NCBI RefSeq assembly: GCF_036971445.1
Contig: NC_091475.1
Span: forward strand, 157,170,001-157,234,000
Direction: 5' to 3'
From: Narcine bancroftii
Taxonomy: Eukaryota
Length of the DNA: 64,000 nucleotides
The notes beneath the pieces are model-generated. The model saw nothing but the letters and a program-made list of their open reading frames with translations, was not told the DNA's origin and did not search any database. The translations under genes and the position numbers were made by a program. How positions within the stretch are numbered: position 1 is the stretch's first letter; the number at the start of each line of letters is the position of its first letter. This document shows, in pieces, positions 13,866-26,640 of the stretch.

Positions 13866-14474
13866 GGAATAGCGCTAAGTTGAGGGATGGCAGAGGTAGA
13901 GAATGAGGACAGACTTCAAATGGTCATGGGTAATGAACAGTCAGTGTGGGCACACGACGCTGTTGAATCTGTTTCAAACAATCAAAGGAGCATAAAAATA
14001 TTATCTCTCTATTGTCTTCAGCTAATTGTTTTAATTTTCCTTCCCTACCAGCTATAAAGTTATTGTCAATGAAAGAAAATAATTAAGTGCATGATACAAG
14101 TCTTTCCATTTTCATTCAAAGGAATTTTTAAAAAAACCATCATGGTCATGCTGAAAAGCATGCTGATGTTCCTTGAATGCATCATAGGTCACAAGCAATA
14201 ATGATTATAAATTGTTGCTCATGGCATTTCTGTTAGCCAAGAAACTATCTGAATGCTTCCTCTTCCAATGGTGTCATAATACTTCCTGCATACATCCGAG
14301 AGCCGGATACATTATGTTTCATTTTCCTTCTGAAAGATTGAATGATACAAGATGTGTTCAAGACTGTTGAATCTGTGCTCTGATGGAGTGCCAGGAGTGC
14401 AGTGTCAACACGAAGACTGACAGTGTGTTTTGACTTTTGGTAGGTTCTAAATTGTACCTCTTTCCATATTGCAG

Positions 14475-14725
14475 GCAACAAGATTGATTTAGCAGAGAAG
14501 CGAGAAGTGACCAGAGAAAGGGGTGAAGAATTTTCAGAATCTCAAAATATGCATTACCTGGAGACATCGGCAAAAGAGTCGGACAATGTTGAAAAACTAT
14601 TTCTTGACCTTGCACGTCAGTTGATTGGTGAAGCAAAGCAGCACACACTGGTCAATAATGTAGCATCTCCTTTGCCAGGGGAAGGCAGAACCATCAGCTA
14701 CTTGAACTGCTGCAACTTTAATTAG
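14475..14725 (+). CDS. RAB30: RAB30 last coding exon
   Basis: TTGCAG acceptor. Encodes (G)NKIDLAEKREVTRERGEEFSESQNMHYLETSAKESDNVEKLFLDLARQLIGEAKQHTLVNNVASPLPGEGRTISYLNCCNFN*, with NKxD and ETSAK motifs and the RAB30 CCNFN prenylation end. Confidence 0.97.
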
Positions 14726-17700
14726 ATGTGAACACTAGTCATTAATTTGAGCTGATGTTTTGCAAGGGTATTTTGTTGGTGAAGGAAATTCCTGCATTTC
14801 TTACCTATTGACCAAAGCTTGAGGTAATGTCTGGGCTTCAGCATGGCAAACTGATAGAACTTTTTTTAAGAAGCAGATAAATTTGAAAAGATTTCATGAT
14901 CCAGGTAGCCCAGGTAACAGTAACAATGCAAGATCTGAACATTAAAAAAAAATCTTCATAACTTTGCTGTGCTTTGAAGTAGCTCTGCCAAATGCTTACT
15001 TGATGCACAGAATTTGCCATTTTGCTGCTGCTTCAACAATGAAGGCTTGTATTAAAAGCGAATTAGAAGGAGTAATTTGAAGTATAGAAGGTAAAATATT
15101 TGGATTTGTTTTTAACTATTAGTGACTTCTTGATTCCATGCTTCACACAATATATTGGTGCTAGACTGTGTTTTATTCAGTTATCATTTATTAAAGACTT
15201 GTAGTTCGTATAAATGGAAATGACCAGTTTGGAATAATCCCTGCATGTTCTCATTAAGCTCTTTTATATTGCCACCCTGCAAATGTATGCTTTTCATTTT
15301 TGTGGTTAGCTTTTATCTCATTTTGCAGATATTATTGTTTGAGCCAATTATGGTATCATTAAGCAGTAGCCATGATCCTACTTTAGTTTAAATTATGACA
15401 ATTAGATCTGACCATAAATGTTGATTTTATTGGAAGGGGACAATGGGAGATTTCATCTACAGTTTGTGGGGAAATCATAAATTTATTAAGTATATTAACT
15501 CATGCGATTGCTCAGTGTCTTACAAAATATTCCCTTTATCTGAATTTAGTTTGAAACTATTGGCAGACATCTCTGAAGATGACAGCTCATGCTGGGACAC
15601 ATCTTTTACTGAAACAATGTTCTTCCTGAGGGAACTGTTAAGCATGCATGAGTGTGGCTATCAACACACTGAATTCTTTCATTATATGGTGTCATTACAA
15701 CTTCTGTGCAAAATTTTAATCCATTATTACTGTTGATGATACTGATTGAGAGAGGGAATTTGGATCCTATTTTCTATTTCCATTTCAAGCCAGAGGACAT
15801 GGTGGTTAGTAGTGTCTTTGTACATTGAACACTAAGCATTAGGCCTAAAACCTGTGTTCTATCTGTTAATGCTGAATGATAATTACACTTTAAACCCTTT
15901 TAACACATGGAATATAAAGAAACTTTGGAGAAAATATTAACTGCCACATTTTTTTCCTACAGAGAATTCTGAAGTCATCTTGTTAATTAACTTCCGTATT
16001 TTCATTTATTGCTTTCTTCTAATGAATTTACTAATTGCTGGAAAAACATGAAATGAACTATACATTTTTATTCTCATAACAGGAGTTCAAATAAAAACGA
16101 AACATCTTTGAGAATTATAGCAATTTCTGAGTATGTTATATCATAATTAACCATCTTTTATCTGCTCCTGGTTTAGGACACATTTTCAAATAAAATGTTT
16201 ATTTGCTATTTCTATTATCCTTCTTGTCCTATTCTGTGGTAACCACCTTGTGACATCCCAACAAGTCCCTGTGTGTAGTCCATATATGATTTCCAGTATG
16301 TTGTTTGATACATGACATAATCCAGGTTTTACGTTCCTGAAATTTCATTGTATTATTCTGCGACAATGCTCATTTTTTTCACTAGTTAATAGAGTGCTAT
16401 ATTGTAATAGAGCTGGTTTTTTTATGAAAAGCATAAATTATTTTCTTGTGTTCTTTTCCTTTGAGTGCATACATGCTTTTTACAAACTCTCATACTTTTC
16501 TAAGGTATTGGCCATTTAGTGGTAGTCTTAACTTTAGTCTTATTTTGTAGAATAAATTGAAATAATGAGAACATTGCAAAATTAAAATGAAACTCTAATC
16601 ACTGTGCATCATTTATTGCCAATATAATGAAAATACTAACAACATCAACAGTTGGTCCCAATCACTGGAGCTATAAAGGCGTTGTGCTCAGAACCAGATC
16701 ATTTTTGCATTGCGTAAAAATGAAAAATATTTGCGCAACAAAGTCTGTTTCCAAATGAAAGGCATTTGTCCACGAAAGAGTTCATGCAAAAAAAATCCAT
16801 AAAAACTAGTGTGAATATTTAACATAATTTGCAGAATTGCTTTACTATTTAATTTTTATGATTGATAACTCTCAATGGTGCTTTTAAAGTTCTCAGTGAC
16901 ATTATTTTCTGAGAGAAAATCTCAAATCACAAAAATCTTTAAATGTCTTGTTTAGGATGAAATAAAATACCTAATTTAATTGAAGGCTGTGAATAAAATA
17001 CCTAATTTAATTGAAGGCTGTGAATAAAATACCTAATTTAATTGAAGGCTGTGAATAAAGGAGATTTGGAATTGAGAGAAGAAATTTCAGCCTTGAAACA
17101 CTGGTAAACTTCCACAAATAATGGTTTGGGCAACATTCAATTGAATCCATGATTGAAATTATGAAAGGAGAGTAAAATGGGTTGAGCTGGATAGCTTTAT
17201 AGTATGCAAAATCCCCTAAAATATCACTAAAATGTACTTTATAAAGTATTTTCATAACAATTTTTAAGAAAAATTGTTTATTTCCATATCAATATAGCCA
17301 AAGATTGAGTTAAAAAAGCAGATCTCTGAACTTTGGCACCATTGCTTGATGGACTGAAAGTGAGATTGAACATCAGAATCAGTTCTAGAGTATTTATAAA
17401 TGTTAGACCACGTAATCTAATATTTTAAATGAAAGGAAAATATCAGCATTGCAACATTTCTTTTCCCGTTGGGAGGTCTTCAGTGGCACATTTTAGGATT
17501 AACAGGGGAGATTTTGTTTTGAAGTAGTTTTGCATTCGCTCCCACTAAAACTTCTTGCATTTTTACCCTACAAAACCTCCATTGTACACAAACCTATTTG
17601 TAAATTCTGCATCCAGGAAACTTCCTTGCCACATGGTAGAAGTGTGGTATCTCTTGTGTACTAAAACTATTGTTAATTTAAAAATGCAGTATTAATCTTT

Positions 17701-18520
17701 TACTTTCGTATCAGTTCATTTGAAAGAACCATCTGGTACTGAAGATGTAGATTTGAAATTCAAGATTTAAAAAAAAATCTGCGTCCCAAGATGACCTCAT
17801 TGTTTTAGATTAGTGTGTCCAAAGGACATTGTGGGATAAACTTGTTATGGTCTACAAGTACATTGCTTCTTTGCAATTATTACTGTAACTCCTGAAAGAA
17901 TTATTTTAAAATATCCACAAATATAAAATGCAATGGTGACTTAATCAAACAATAACATTTGCTAATATCCTCAACACTAATGTGTGTAAACTTTTCAGAG
18001 CCTTTCCTTTTATTACAGCATATTCTAGTCTTTTTCCTTTAACCATCTCAGACCCCTGATTATTAATCTGTAATTTGGATGTAGTTAGCATTGCTGTTAT
18101 TGGTTTCATTGCATATTGAGTTGCAAGAATCATACAAACCAATATTTAGAGGTGTATGTTGATGTAGAATATTTTTTAATAAATTGTTTTCTTACAAGAG
18201 AGGAAGCCAGCATTTATTCTATAAGATGTAAAACATTTTGAGGACCAAAGAAAGGACAGCTTTCAGATTTTTCATCTCTCCCCTGCCAAAACTTTAATTC
18301 ATATCCTTCTACAACCTTCATTATTTCAGGTCGACTTGGGAAACTTTGGAAAGCAGCAAAAGCGGATTGTGGTATTATGTTTATTTTCTTAATTTCCTTC
18401 CTTTCAACTTGAAGCTTTGTGCTTGTGTTATATTTCATGGCTTATGAAATTATTTCTCCGTCCTCATTACACTTGGAATTGGGTGTTTAAATGATAAAGC
18501 TGTTTTATATAAATAAAGGT
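14726..18520 (+). other. RAB30: Probable long AT-rich RAB30 3' UTR; end uncertain
   Basis: No TE recognised after the stop. Several AATAAA hexamers near 16090, 16188, 16551, 18178 and 18512. Confidence 0.4.
16961..17059. repeat. 31-bp tandem repeat x3
   Basis: AATAAAATACCTAATTTAATTGAAGGCTGTG repeated three times. Confidence 0.95.
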
Positions 18521-19072
18521 TTTGTTTGACTTCTGCAATCTTTTTTGATGCAAGTAGAGATGTTTATTGGACAGGTAGCAATATCATTGCCTAGGTTTAA
18601 TATCAATGAACAAGTAACTATAAAACTTATTTACTGGACAAATGAAATTAATTATTTGAGATATACAAACTGGCTAAGTACTGTGCTGTTAATGGAGCTG
18701 AACGGATTTTACTTCTCTAAATAACTTTTTTTCCTTTGCACGTTAATAGTGTTATTGGGGGGGGGGGGGAGAAACTTTTCATTGGATTTCTGTTTTACTG
18801 TCTACTGTCTCTCAAACATGATAAATGCTGAGACTAATTTTCAAATTATGCTGTCTGCAGGCATTTACAAGAAACTATGAAACCAGCTTGACAAATGAAT
18901 TTCAAAGGAACAATCTGTTCAAACTCGTTCAATTTAAGAAATATTTTTCTTCAAGTTTGCCATTCAGTGAGTGAACATGAAACTGTCAAACCGGAAACAA
19001 TATAGCATTTTAACAATTTACACGTAAATGAGGAAAAATATGTTCCTTTCCTGAACCTTTCCCTCATAATTA

Positions 19073-20750
19073 CCGTATATTTCGGCATACAAGTCAACTG
19101 GCGGATGTCAACCCCCTTTTTTCAGCCTCACTTTATGATTTTATAATATAGCGAGCATATATATCAACTCCTAAAAATTGCATTGACTGAGCTGTTAGGC
19201 ATTGACTGGTGTATAGGTTGACCCCCCCCCCCCCCCACAAAAATTCCGATGACTGAGCTGTTGGCTGAAGGTGGTTGTTATCATGGAGGCTCCAGCAAAA
19301 TGACGAAAATATGAAGCACGTTTTAAGTTAAAAGTGATAGAAATGTCCAAGAAAACCAACTGAGCAGCTGCAAGAAAATTTGAGGTATATGAGAAGTGGG
19401 TATGAGATTAGAGAAAGAAAAAAGACACTCTAAGAAAAATACCAAAAAGGCAATGTTTGCTGAGAAGGGGAATCAGTCATTGGCCAGAGTTGGAAAATCA
19501 CGTTGCAGCATGGGTATGTAAACGGAGGCAAGGTTGCTACATAGTCACGCAAAATAAAATAAGACCGTTTGCACTGAAGTGGGCCAAGTCGCACTGAGAA
19601 CGCAGTAAAGATTTTGAAACTACTGTAGGCTGGTGCAACCATTTCATGAACAGGAAAAATCTGGTATTATGACAAAAAATGAAAATTGCTCAGAAACTAC
19701 CAAAAGATCTTGTTCATAAAGTTGTAAGTTTTCACCAGTTTGCATTGGCAAATACTGAAAACATGGTCGAAACCTCCATGAATTTTGACAAGAAAGGCAA
19801 TAGAACAGTGGAATGGAAAGGTGTGAAAACCAGAAGTACAGGCCACGAAAGGACCAAGTTTACCGTAGTGTTATTGTGTATAGCTGACAGAATGAAGTTA
19901 AGGCCCATGGTAATCTTCAAATGCAAAATTAAACCTAAAATTCCCAGCAGATATTTTTGTACATTTTCATGAAAATGGTGTAAAGCTATGAATAGACAAT
20001 GTGTGGAACAGACAGCCAGGTGGTTTATGCAAGGAATGGAGTTTGCTGGTCTGGGTTATGTTTCATAGTCACTTAACTGAAGACTAAAAGTAGATTAGTG
20101 CTACATAATACTTGCAAGGCCATTATCCCAGGTGGTTTGGCGTCTCTATTACAACCTCTCGATGTCTGCTTGAACAAGCCATTCAAAGACCATGTGCAAT
20201 GGAATACATGGATGACGAGTGCAGAAAAGTCATTTACAAAAGGTGGGGCAATGCTTGCTGCATCACTTGATGTGCTGTATGACCTTGTACTCAAAGCATG
20301 GGACAAAGTGAAAGAAGAAACTGTAATAAAATCATGTAAAAAGTGTGGTATCTCTTGTGTAATTGATGGTAGGGAAGATGATTTATTATGGGACACTGAC
20401 AACGGAACTGAAGCCGCCTCATCAGATACAGACTGGGACCCGAATGATGACTGTTCAGTGAGTGTATGGATGTGCTTACCGCCATCTTTTGCCTCAGACA
20501 GTAATAGTGATTTTGAAGGATTCTAAAAAATTTTTTTCAATAAAATTTTCAATGAAAATTTGTAGTTGGGCTTTTTGTTCTTCAAGGGGCGAGTTATATG
20601 CTGAATCAGTTTTCAAGGGTTGACTTGAATGCCAAATCGGTATCCAGTGGGTTTTTTTTAAGTCAAATTTAAGGTCTCAAAACTATAGCGTAAAAGTCGA
20701 CCCCCATTTTTGAAGGTTTAAAGACTTAATTTGTCTGCCGAAATATACGG
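19073..20750 (+). mobile_element. Tc1/mariner pogo-family (POGK-like) DNA transposon with a disrupted transposase
   Basis: TIRs CCGTATATTTCGGCA / TGCCGAAATATACGG, with TA on the left. Remnants of a Brinker-like domain (FKLKVIE..AAARKF), a CENP-B HTH, TGHERTKFTVVL and the DDE segment IPGGLASLLQPLDVCLNKPFKD. Confidence 0.92.
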
Positions 20751-23700
20751 TTAATCAACAATAGCACAATTACACCCACTACGACTGATGGCGTCATCCT
20801 GCTGATGCCACATAGCATGAAGTGAGCAAAGCCACTTTTAAGAGATGGTATGTAGTTGAACATCTTGATGGAAATGCAATGTGTCAGTAAAATGTATGGC
20901 TGATGAATTTCCTATTGATATTAGGGAAACTTCAGAAATTATAAATTTTGTACAGTTTATCACTTTTTAGATAAATGAGATATTTACTTGGCCGAACAAT
21001 GACAGTAGAAGTTTTCTATTCATGATTTTGGCTCTAACATTCTTAACGTGGCACTAAAGCTAATACAGAACTGGTAGCATTTTAACTACAATACTGACAT
21101 GTTCATACAGGCCTGTGTATTAGTACATTTGAGATTGGTTTGTAAGAACCTTCAAACTGTGAATATGTATAATCTAAGAAATACATGTTTTTCACGTGAA
21201 TTTGATGGTGCTGTAATTTGGAATGAAGAATGTTAGTAATTAAAAATAGTTTGCTATAACTAATTTGAATAGAATGTATACCTTGTGTTAAAATGAATGA
21301 AATGAATGCATTTTGCCACACTGGTTCCTGACTCATTATTTACAATTTATTTTTCAATTGCATCTATAATTGAAGTAAGAAAGCAAAATATTTATATACT
21401 TAATTTAAAGAAACAGTGTTTGATACTTTTCCAAAGATTTATACATGTTCTTTTCTATTTACTTTTTGACATATTTTAATGGGTATTTGTTTCAAGTACT
21501 GGCCACATCTGGGTTAAATAGTTGAGAGAGCTGCTATGTCTTATAATATAGTAATGAGGGAGAGGGGAGAAAACTGCACCACTATATTGATTACTGTGCT
21601 TGTGGTTGTTTGATTTTAAATTTTTTAAAATGTTAAAACATGTGTATTGGGAATGAAATCCAGAGGATTTTTGAAAATTGTTACCATATTGCAATGCCAC
21701 TTTAACTTTTCTCTCCCCTCTTACAAGGTATTATTCCCTTGATGTGACATCGTGCAGATATGTAAGTGATCTTGTATCACAAAGGTCCTTGCCTGTGCTG
21801 TGAATCTTGATCAGCCATTCTCAATGGGCCCATGGAGCCCCCCTGTGGACCACAGCATATTTAAGTGGGGGCCACAGACTGAAATCATAAAATATTTTTG
21901 ATTATTGTCAGTAAGAGAGAAATATGAAAGAAACCAACTCAACTTGACTGCTTCACAGAGAAGTGCACCCTTGAACGTTGAGCAGAGTCCACAGGGGGCT
22001 ATAGCCAAAAATAGTTGAGAATGGCTAACCTAGATCCATCCCTGGGAACACCACAACCATAATTGAGCACTTCTCTCGGGCATCACAAAGTGTGGATCAG
22101 GATCCGGAACCTTGGGACAAGACCCTTGTTAATATAGTTGATTAAACTGTCTGCCTTGATGGAAAACAGACACACTGTGGATACACCTCATCAGAGACCA
22201 CACTATAATTGACAGAGGAGATCATCAATTTTTAATATATTTACAATTGCTGTCAAAATTACTACAATGGTCAATTCTTACTCCTGAAAGGAAACTTCCA
22301 CAGAGTGATTAGAGTGAAAACTAGAAACATTTGGTCACAATTGGCAGCTTTATAGAGATAACTGCAAGACTGTTACAGTTGTATATCATACATAATAACC
22401 AATAACTGTCTCTTTTTAAAATAAAAACAATTCTAAGACCATTTTTTAAAAACTGGCATTTATTGATTCTGACAGACATTTATAAAATCTCATCCATTTT
22501 ACCAGTGGAAATTGGGCATTTAGAATTACCATTATAAAAATCAAGATATATGAATGGTCTTTATTTGTAAAGTTTTGTTCCCCCCTCCCCGTCTTGAAAC
22601 ATGAAAAATTGCTTCCACCACTTTTTGAGCATTGCATTCTGAACCCCTATTGTTTGCTCCATGAAAGCTCCCCCACCCCCCCATTTCCTTTGATTTCAAT
22701 CTAAATCAAGTCTGATGCATGTCAAACTATTTCCTCCCCCAGTGTCCATGAAAGCATCAATATAGTCTTTAAAACTGCAAAATAGAACCAATAAATCTCA
22801 AAAGCATCAGTGAATATGAAATCGATGCCGATCCATTTTGAGAGAAAACAATCAACCGAAAGATCAGATGCAAGTTTTAAAGAGGGATTTTTTTTTAGAA
22901 AAATGTAAATTATTTAAAATGTTTACATAAATGTTTATCAGAAACATTTAAAAAGTTCAAAGGCTCTTGAAATAAGTGAGCTTTGAAAAGCCAGGATTTG
23001 GTGCTTGAGAACTAGTTACTGCTTGGTGTCCTTGCTTCTTTTGGGATGGCTACTGCACTGAGACGTTGAAAATGTTTGCACCAGGGGTGCAAGTATGGCT
23101 GCTGAGGAAGAGTGGCAAACCACATTTAGCCCACTAAGTTTAGAGAGGTGTAAAATATCTCAGGGGCACGCAAGACGTAGGAGCAGAATTAGGACATTTG
23201 AAACTGATTTTTTTTCCTCTTAATCCCATTCTCCTCCCCATAACCTTTGACATTCTTACTCAGCAGAAACCTGTCAACCTCCACTTTAAATATACCCAAT
23301 CACAGCCTGTACAGCCAAATGTGGCAATGAATTTCACACTGCCATCTGAGAATATAAGAAAAATAAGCAATGGTGAATAGGACGAGCTTAGCTGGGATAG
23401 GTAAGTTGTTCGGAAAGGCTTGTTTCTATCCCTTAAAACATTGATTTTATTATCTGAAAGATGGAATGAAAGGAAAATGATGGGTCATTGGTTTGAGTCA
23501 TTCTAAAATTGGTTTGGCTTAAGACATTGTCCTCAGGAATTCTAATATTCTCGGATTGACATGGTTATCCTCCAGCAATCAGACATCTTGCTCTTGGTAT
23601 GACTTAAGCTTGTGACCAGTTTAGCTGATCATTTTTAACATCAATTTTAAAAGACTCAAAGAGAAATATTATGGTAAAACAATTTAGCAAGGGCAGATTT

Positions 23701-24294
23701 TTTGCATAACTATGACTGATGTCAACTTTGATAGCTAGAACATTGCTTCAAATTAATGAGAGTCTTAGCAAAATAATGCATTAAATAGCAATGAATCAAT
23801 GGCAACTTGTCTGCAAGGGACTTACTGAGCAAGTGACATGTTTCTAGCAAGTTCTAATCTGTCTTGGAAGTAACCCAATCAAGTGTGATTTCTGCTTCAG
23901 TTAGCTGTCCCATGATGCTTGCTGTCTGTATTTGTGTGGATGTCAGTGGGAACTGTCATTTCTTTCCTGTCTTGTGTACTTTCAATTTAGGGCAGAGGTG
24001 AAATTAAGAATGGAAGAACACAGACACTCTTGAAGGATGGCAGAAGCAGAAATTTCCCAAGTGACAAATAGTAACACCAGTATTGAAGGATAATGAGAAA
24101 TTCAGACTATACATGTTTTCAATAGGAATCAGGAAGGAATGAGTTCTCACATTATCAATTCATCCTTCGGAGATTCTCACTGATCTAAAATTAGACAAAA
24201 TTGAAATATTTGATAGAGTAAAATAATTAACCTTGGATTTTTAAACATCATATCCCAAGAATATGCTCTGATCTGTAAATTAAGTATAACTTGC

Positions 24295-26640
24295 ATCAAT
24301 CATGCCGGAGTGTGGTAACCTGCCTAATTGACTATTGTTCACTTGTATCAACAGTGATGAAGTGATTTGAGAGGCTGGTGTTGAAGCATATCAGCTCCTG
24401 TCTGAGTGGTGACATAGATACATTCCAGTTCGCCTATTGTCGTAGCAGGTGGATGCCATCTCACTTGCTCTACACAAAGCCTGGACAACAAAGATCCATG
24501 CATCAGGATGCTCCTTTATCGACTACAGTTCGCCATTTAACACTATTATCCCATCAAAACTGCTCAGCAAACTCCAAGACCTGGGAGATAACACCCCACT
24601 GTAATTGGATCATGGATTACCTCAACTCCAGACCACAATCAGTGAAGATTAGCAAGAACATCTCCTCCACAATCTCCATCACTACTGGAGCACCACAGGG
24701 GTGCTCCATGTTCATTTTACTTTACATCTACAATAGCACCATCTATAAATTTGCCGATGATACCACGGTAGTGGGTTGTATTTAAAAAAAAAGGGGTTGA
24801 GTTAGCATGCAGGATGGAGATTGAACATTTGGCTAAATGGTACTACTACAACAAGAACCTTGTCACCAAAACTAAGTTGTTGACCAGGAAAGGAAAGCCT
24901 GTGATCATTGGGGGAAATCAGAGATGGAGAAGGTGAGCAAATTTAAATTCTTGGTTGGGGGGGGGGGGGCACCATCTCGGAGGACCTTTCCTGGACCCAT
25001 CACACCAATGACATCTTTGCATGTCAGCACCTCTACTTCCTTGGGAGTTTGTGGAGGTTTGGTAGGACACCAGAAACCCTGGCAAAAATTTCTAGAGGTG
25101 TGGTGGAAAGTGCTGACCAGGTGAAATGGGGATGCCAATACTCCAGAGTGTAAAGCCCTCCAAAAGATAGGAGACACAACCCAGGACAACACAGGCAAAA
25201 CCCTCCCCACTATTTTTTTTGAATATTTAAGTTTTTCCACACGTAATTAGTAAATCATTATGCAATACAATGGGTGTTTAAATTGAGGAGAGTTTCATTC
25301 ATTACATGATGGTTATATTCCCCCCCGCCCCCGTTCCCAATCCTCACCCCCCCTATCCTTATCAAAAGAATATATATATTGCAAAGGATTATATGTAGTA
25401 AAAGATAGAAGTAATAAAAAGAACGAAATAGTATGGTACCTTGGATCGCCTGGAGCATTGGATTCCAACACATTGGAATTAAACAGATTTTGTATAGTCA
25501 TTTATTACTGATATATTACTGATGTAAATTTCTTAGTGTTTCCTCTCCTATAATAAGTTTCCACCTGCATCTCTGAACCTAACTTTTCCCTTAAGAATGC
25601 TCAGTTGGAAATAACAAAATATAGTATTATTAGGGTGTGTTTAATGCTCTCTGAATGGCCCCACTTCTTGGTAACCTCCATTCAGAATTTATGTTATAAA
25701 TGATTTATCCTCTTGGTATTCTTTGTTTCTTTTTTAAATTTATTTTTACCAGGGTCCTTGGTAAAGGGAGGGAGTTGGGGTAGGGTTGAGTGGAGGGTTT
25801 ATATACACATGGAATTTTTATAATTTTCAAATTTTATGTGTAATTCATATTGTGGTTTAAATTTAATAAATAAAATATTTTTTTAAAGTATTATTAGGTA
25901 TTCCATATTTGTCCCTCAATTGTTCAAAACAATCTTCAATACTTAATGCTCTTATTAGACCAAGTGATTAAAAATAAATTCTTTTGAAAAAGGTACAAGT
26001 TGGTTTTGAATCAAATGCAATGTAGGCGATATACTGCCTTTTGTTCCAATTTCATCATTTATCTTATTTCAATTAGTAATCAAATGTTTCAACAATGGTG
26101 TCTCTTTAAAATAATTTTGAATCCCATTTGTATACGAATTCCTCTGCTAACCTCCCTCTTATTTTATCTAGTTCTATTTTAACCCAAGCTGGGTTTTCTA
26201 CTTACAAGAAAATTGAAAAATATGGAATGTTTCACAAATTTACCCTCTCCACTATTGAGTGCATCTACGTGTCGGCGAGCAGCAACGATCATCTAAGACC
26301 CCCACCACCCAGCGCACACTCTGTTCTGCTGCTGCCATCAGGAAAGGTAGAGGTGCCACAAGACTCGCACCACCAGGTTCAGGAACAGCTACTCCCCCTC
26401 CACCATCTGACAAACTCACTTAAGGATACGTGCACTTTATTGAGCTTATTTTCTTTTTTAGTCTTGGATTTGCACAATTTGTTTATATTCATTATCTGTT
26501 TACGGTTCTTTGTTACAGGTTTACGCTGTGTAGTTTTTTGATTTGCACTACCAATTAATGGTAATTCTGCCTGGCTTCCATGAAAAGGAATCTCAGAGTT
26601 GTATGTGATGTCATGTATGTACTCTCATAATAAAACTAAA
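24295..26640 (+). mobile_element. Rex1/Babar-like LINE split by L1 fragments (about 25212-26240)
   Basis: RT motifs QFAY, TGAPQG and KFADDTTVVG. ACCCTCCCCACTATT at the 25200 break recurs as ACCCTCTCCACTATT at 26242, where the Rex1 sequence resumes. Confidence 0.75.
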
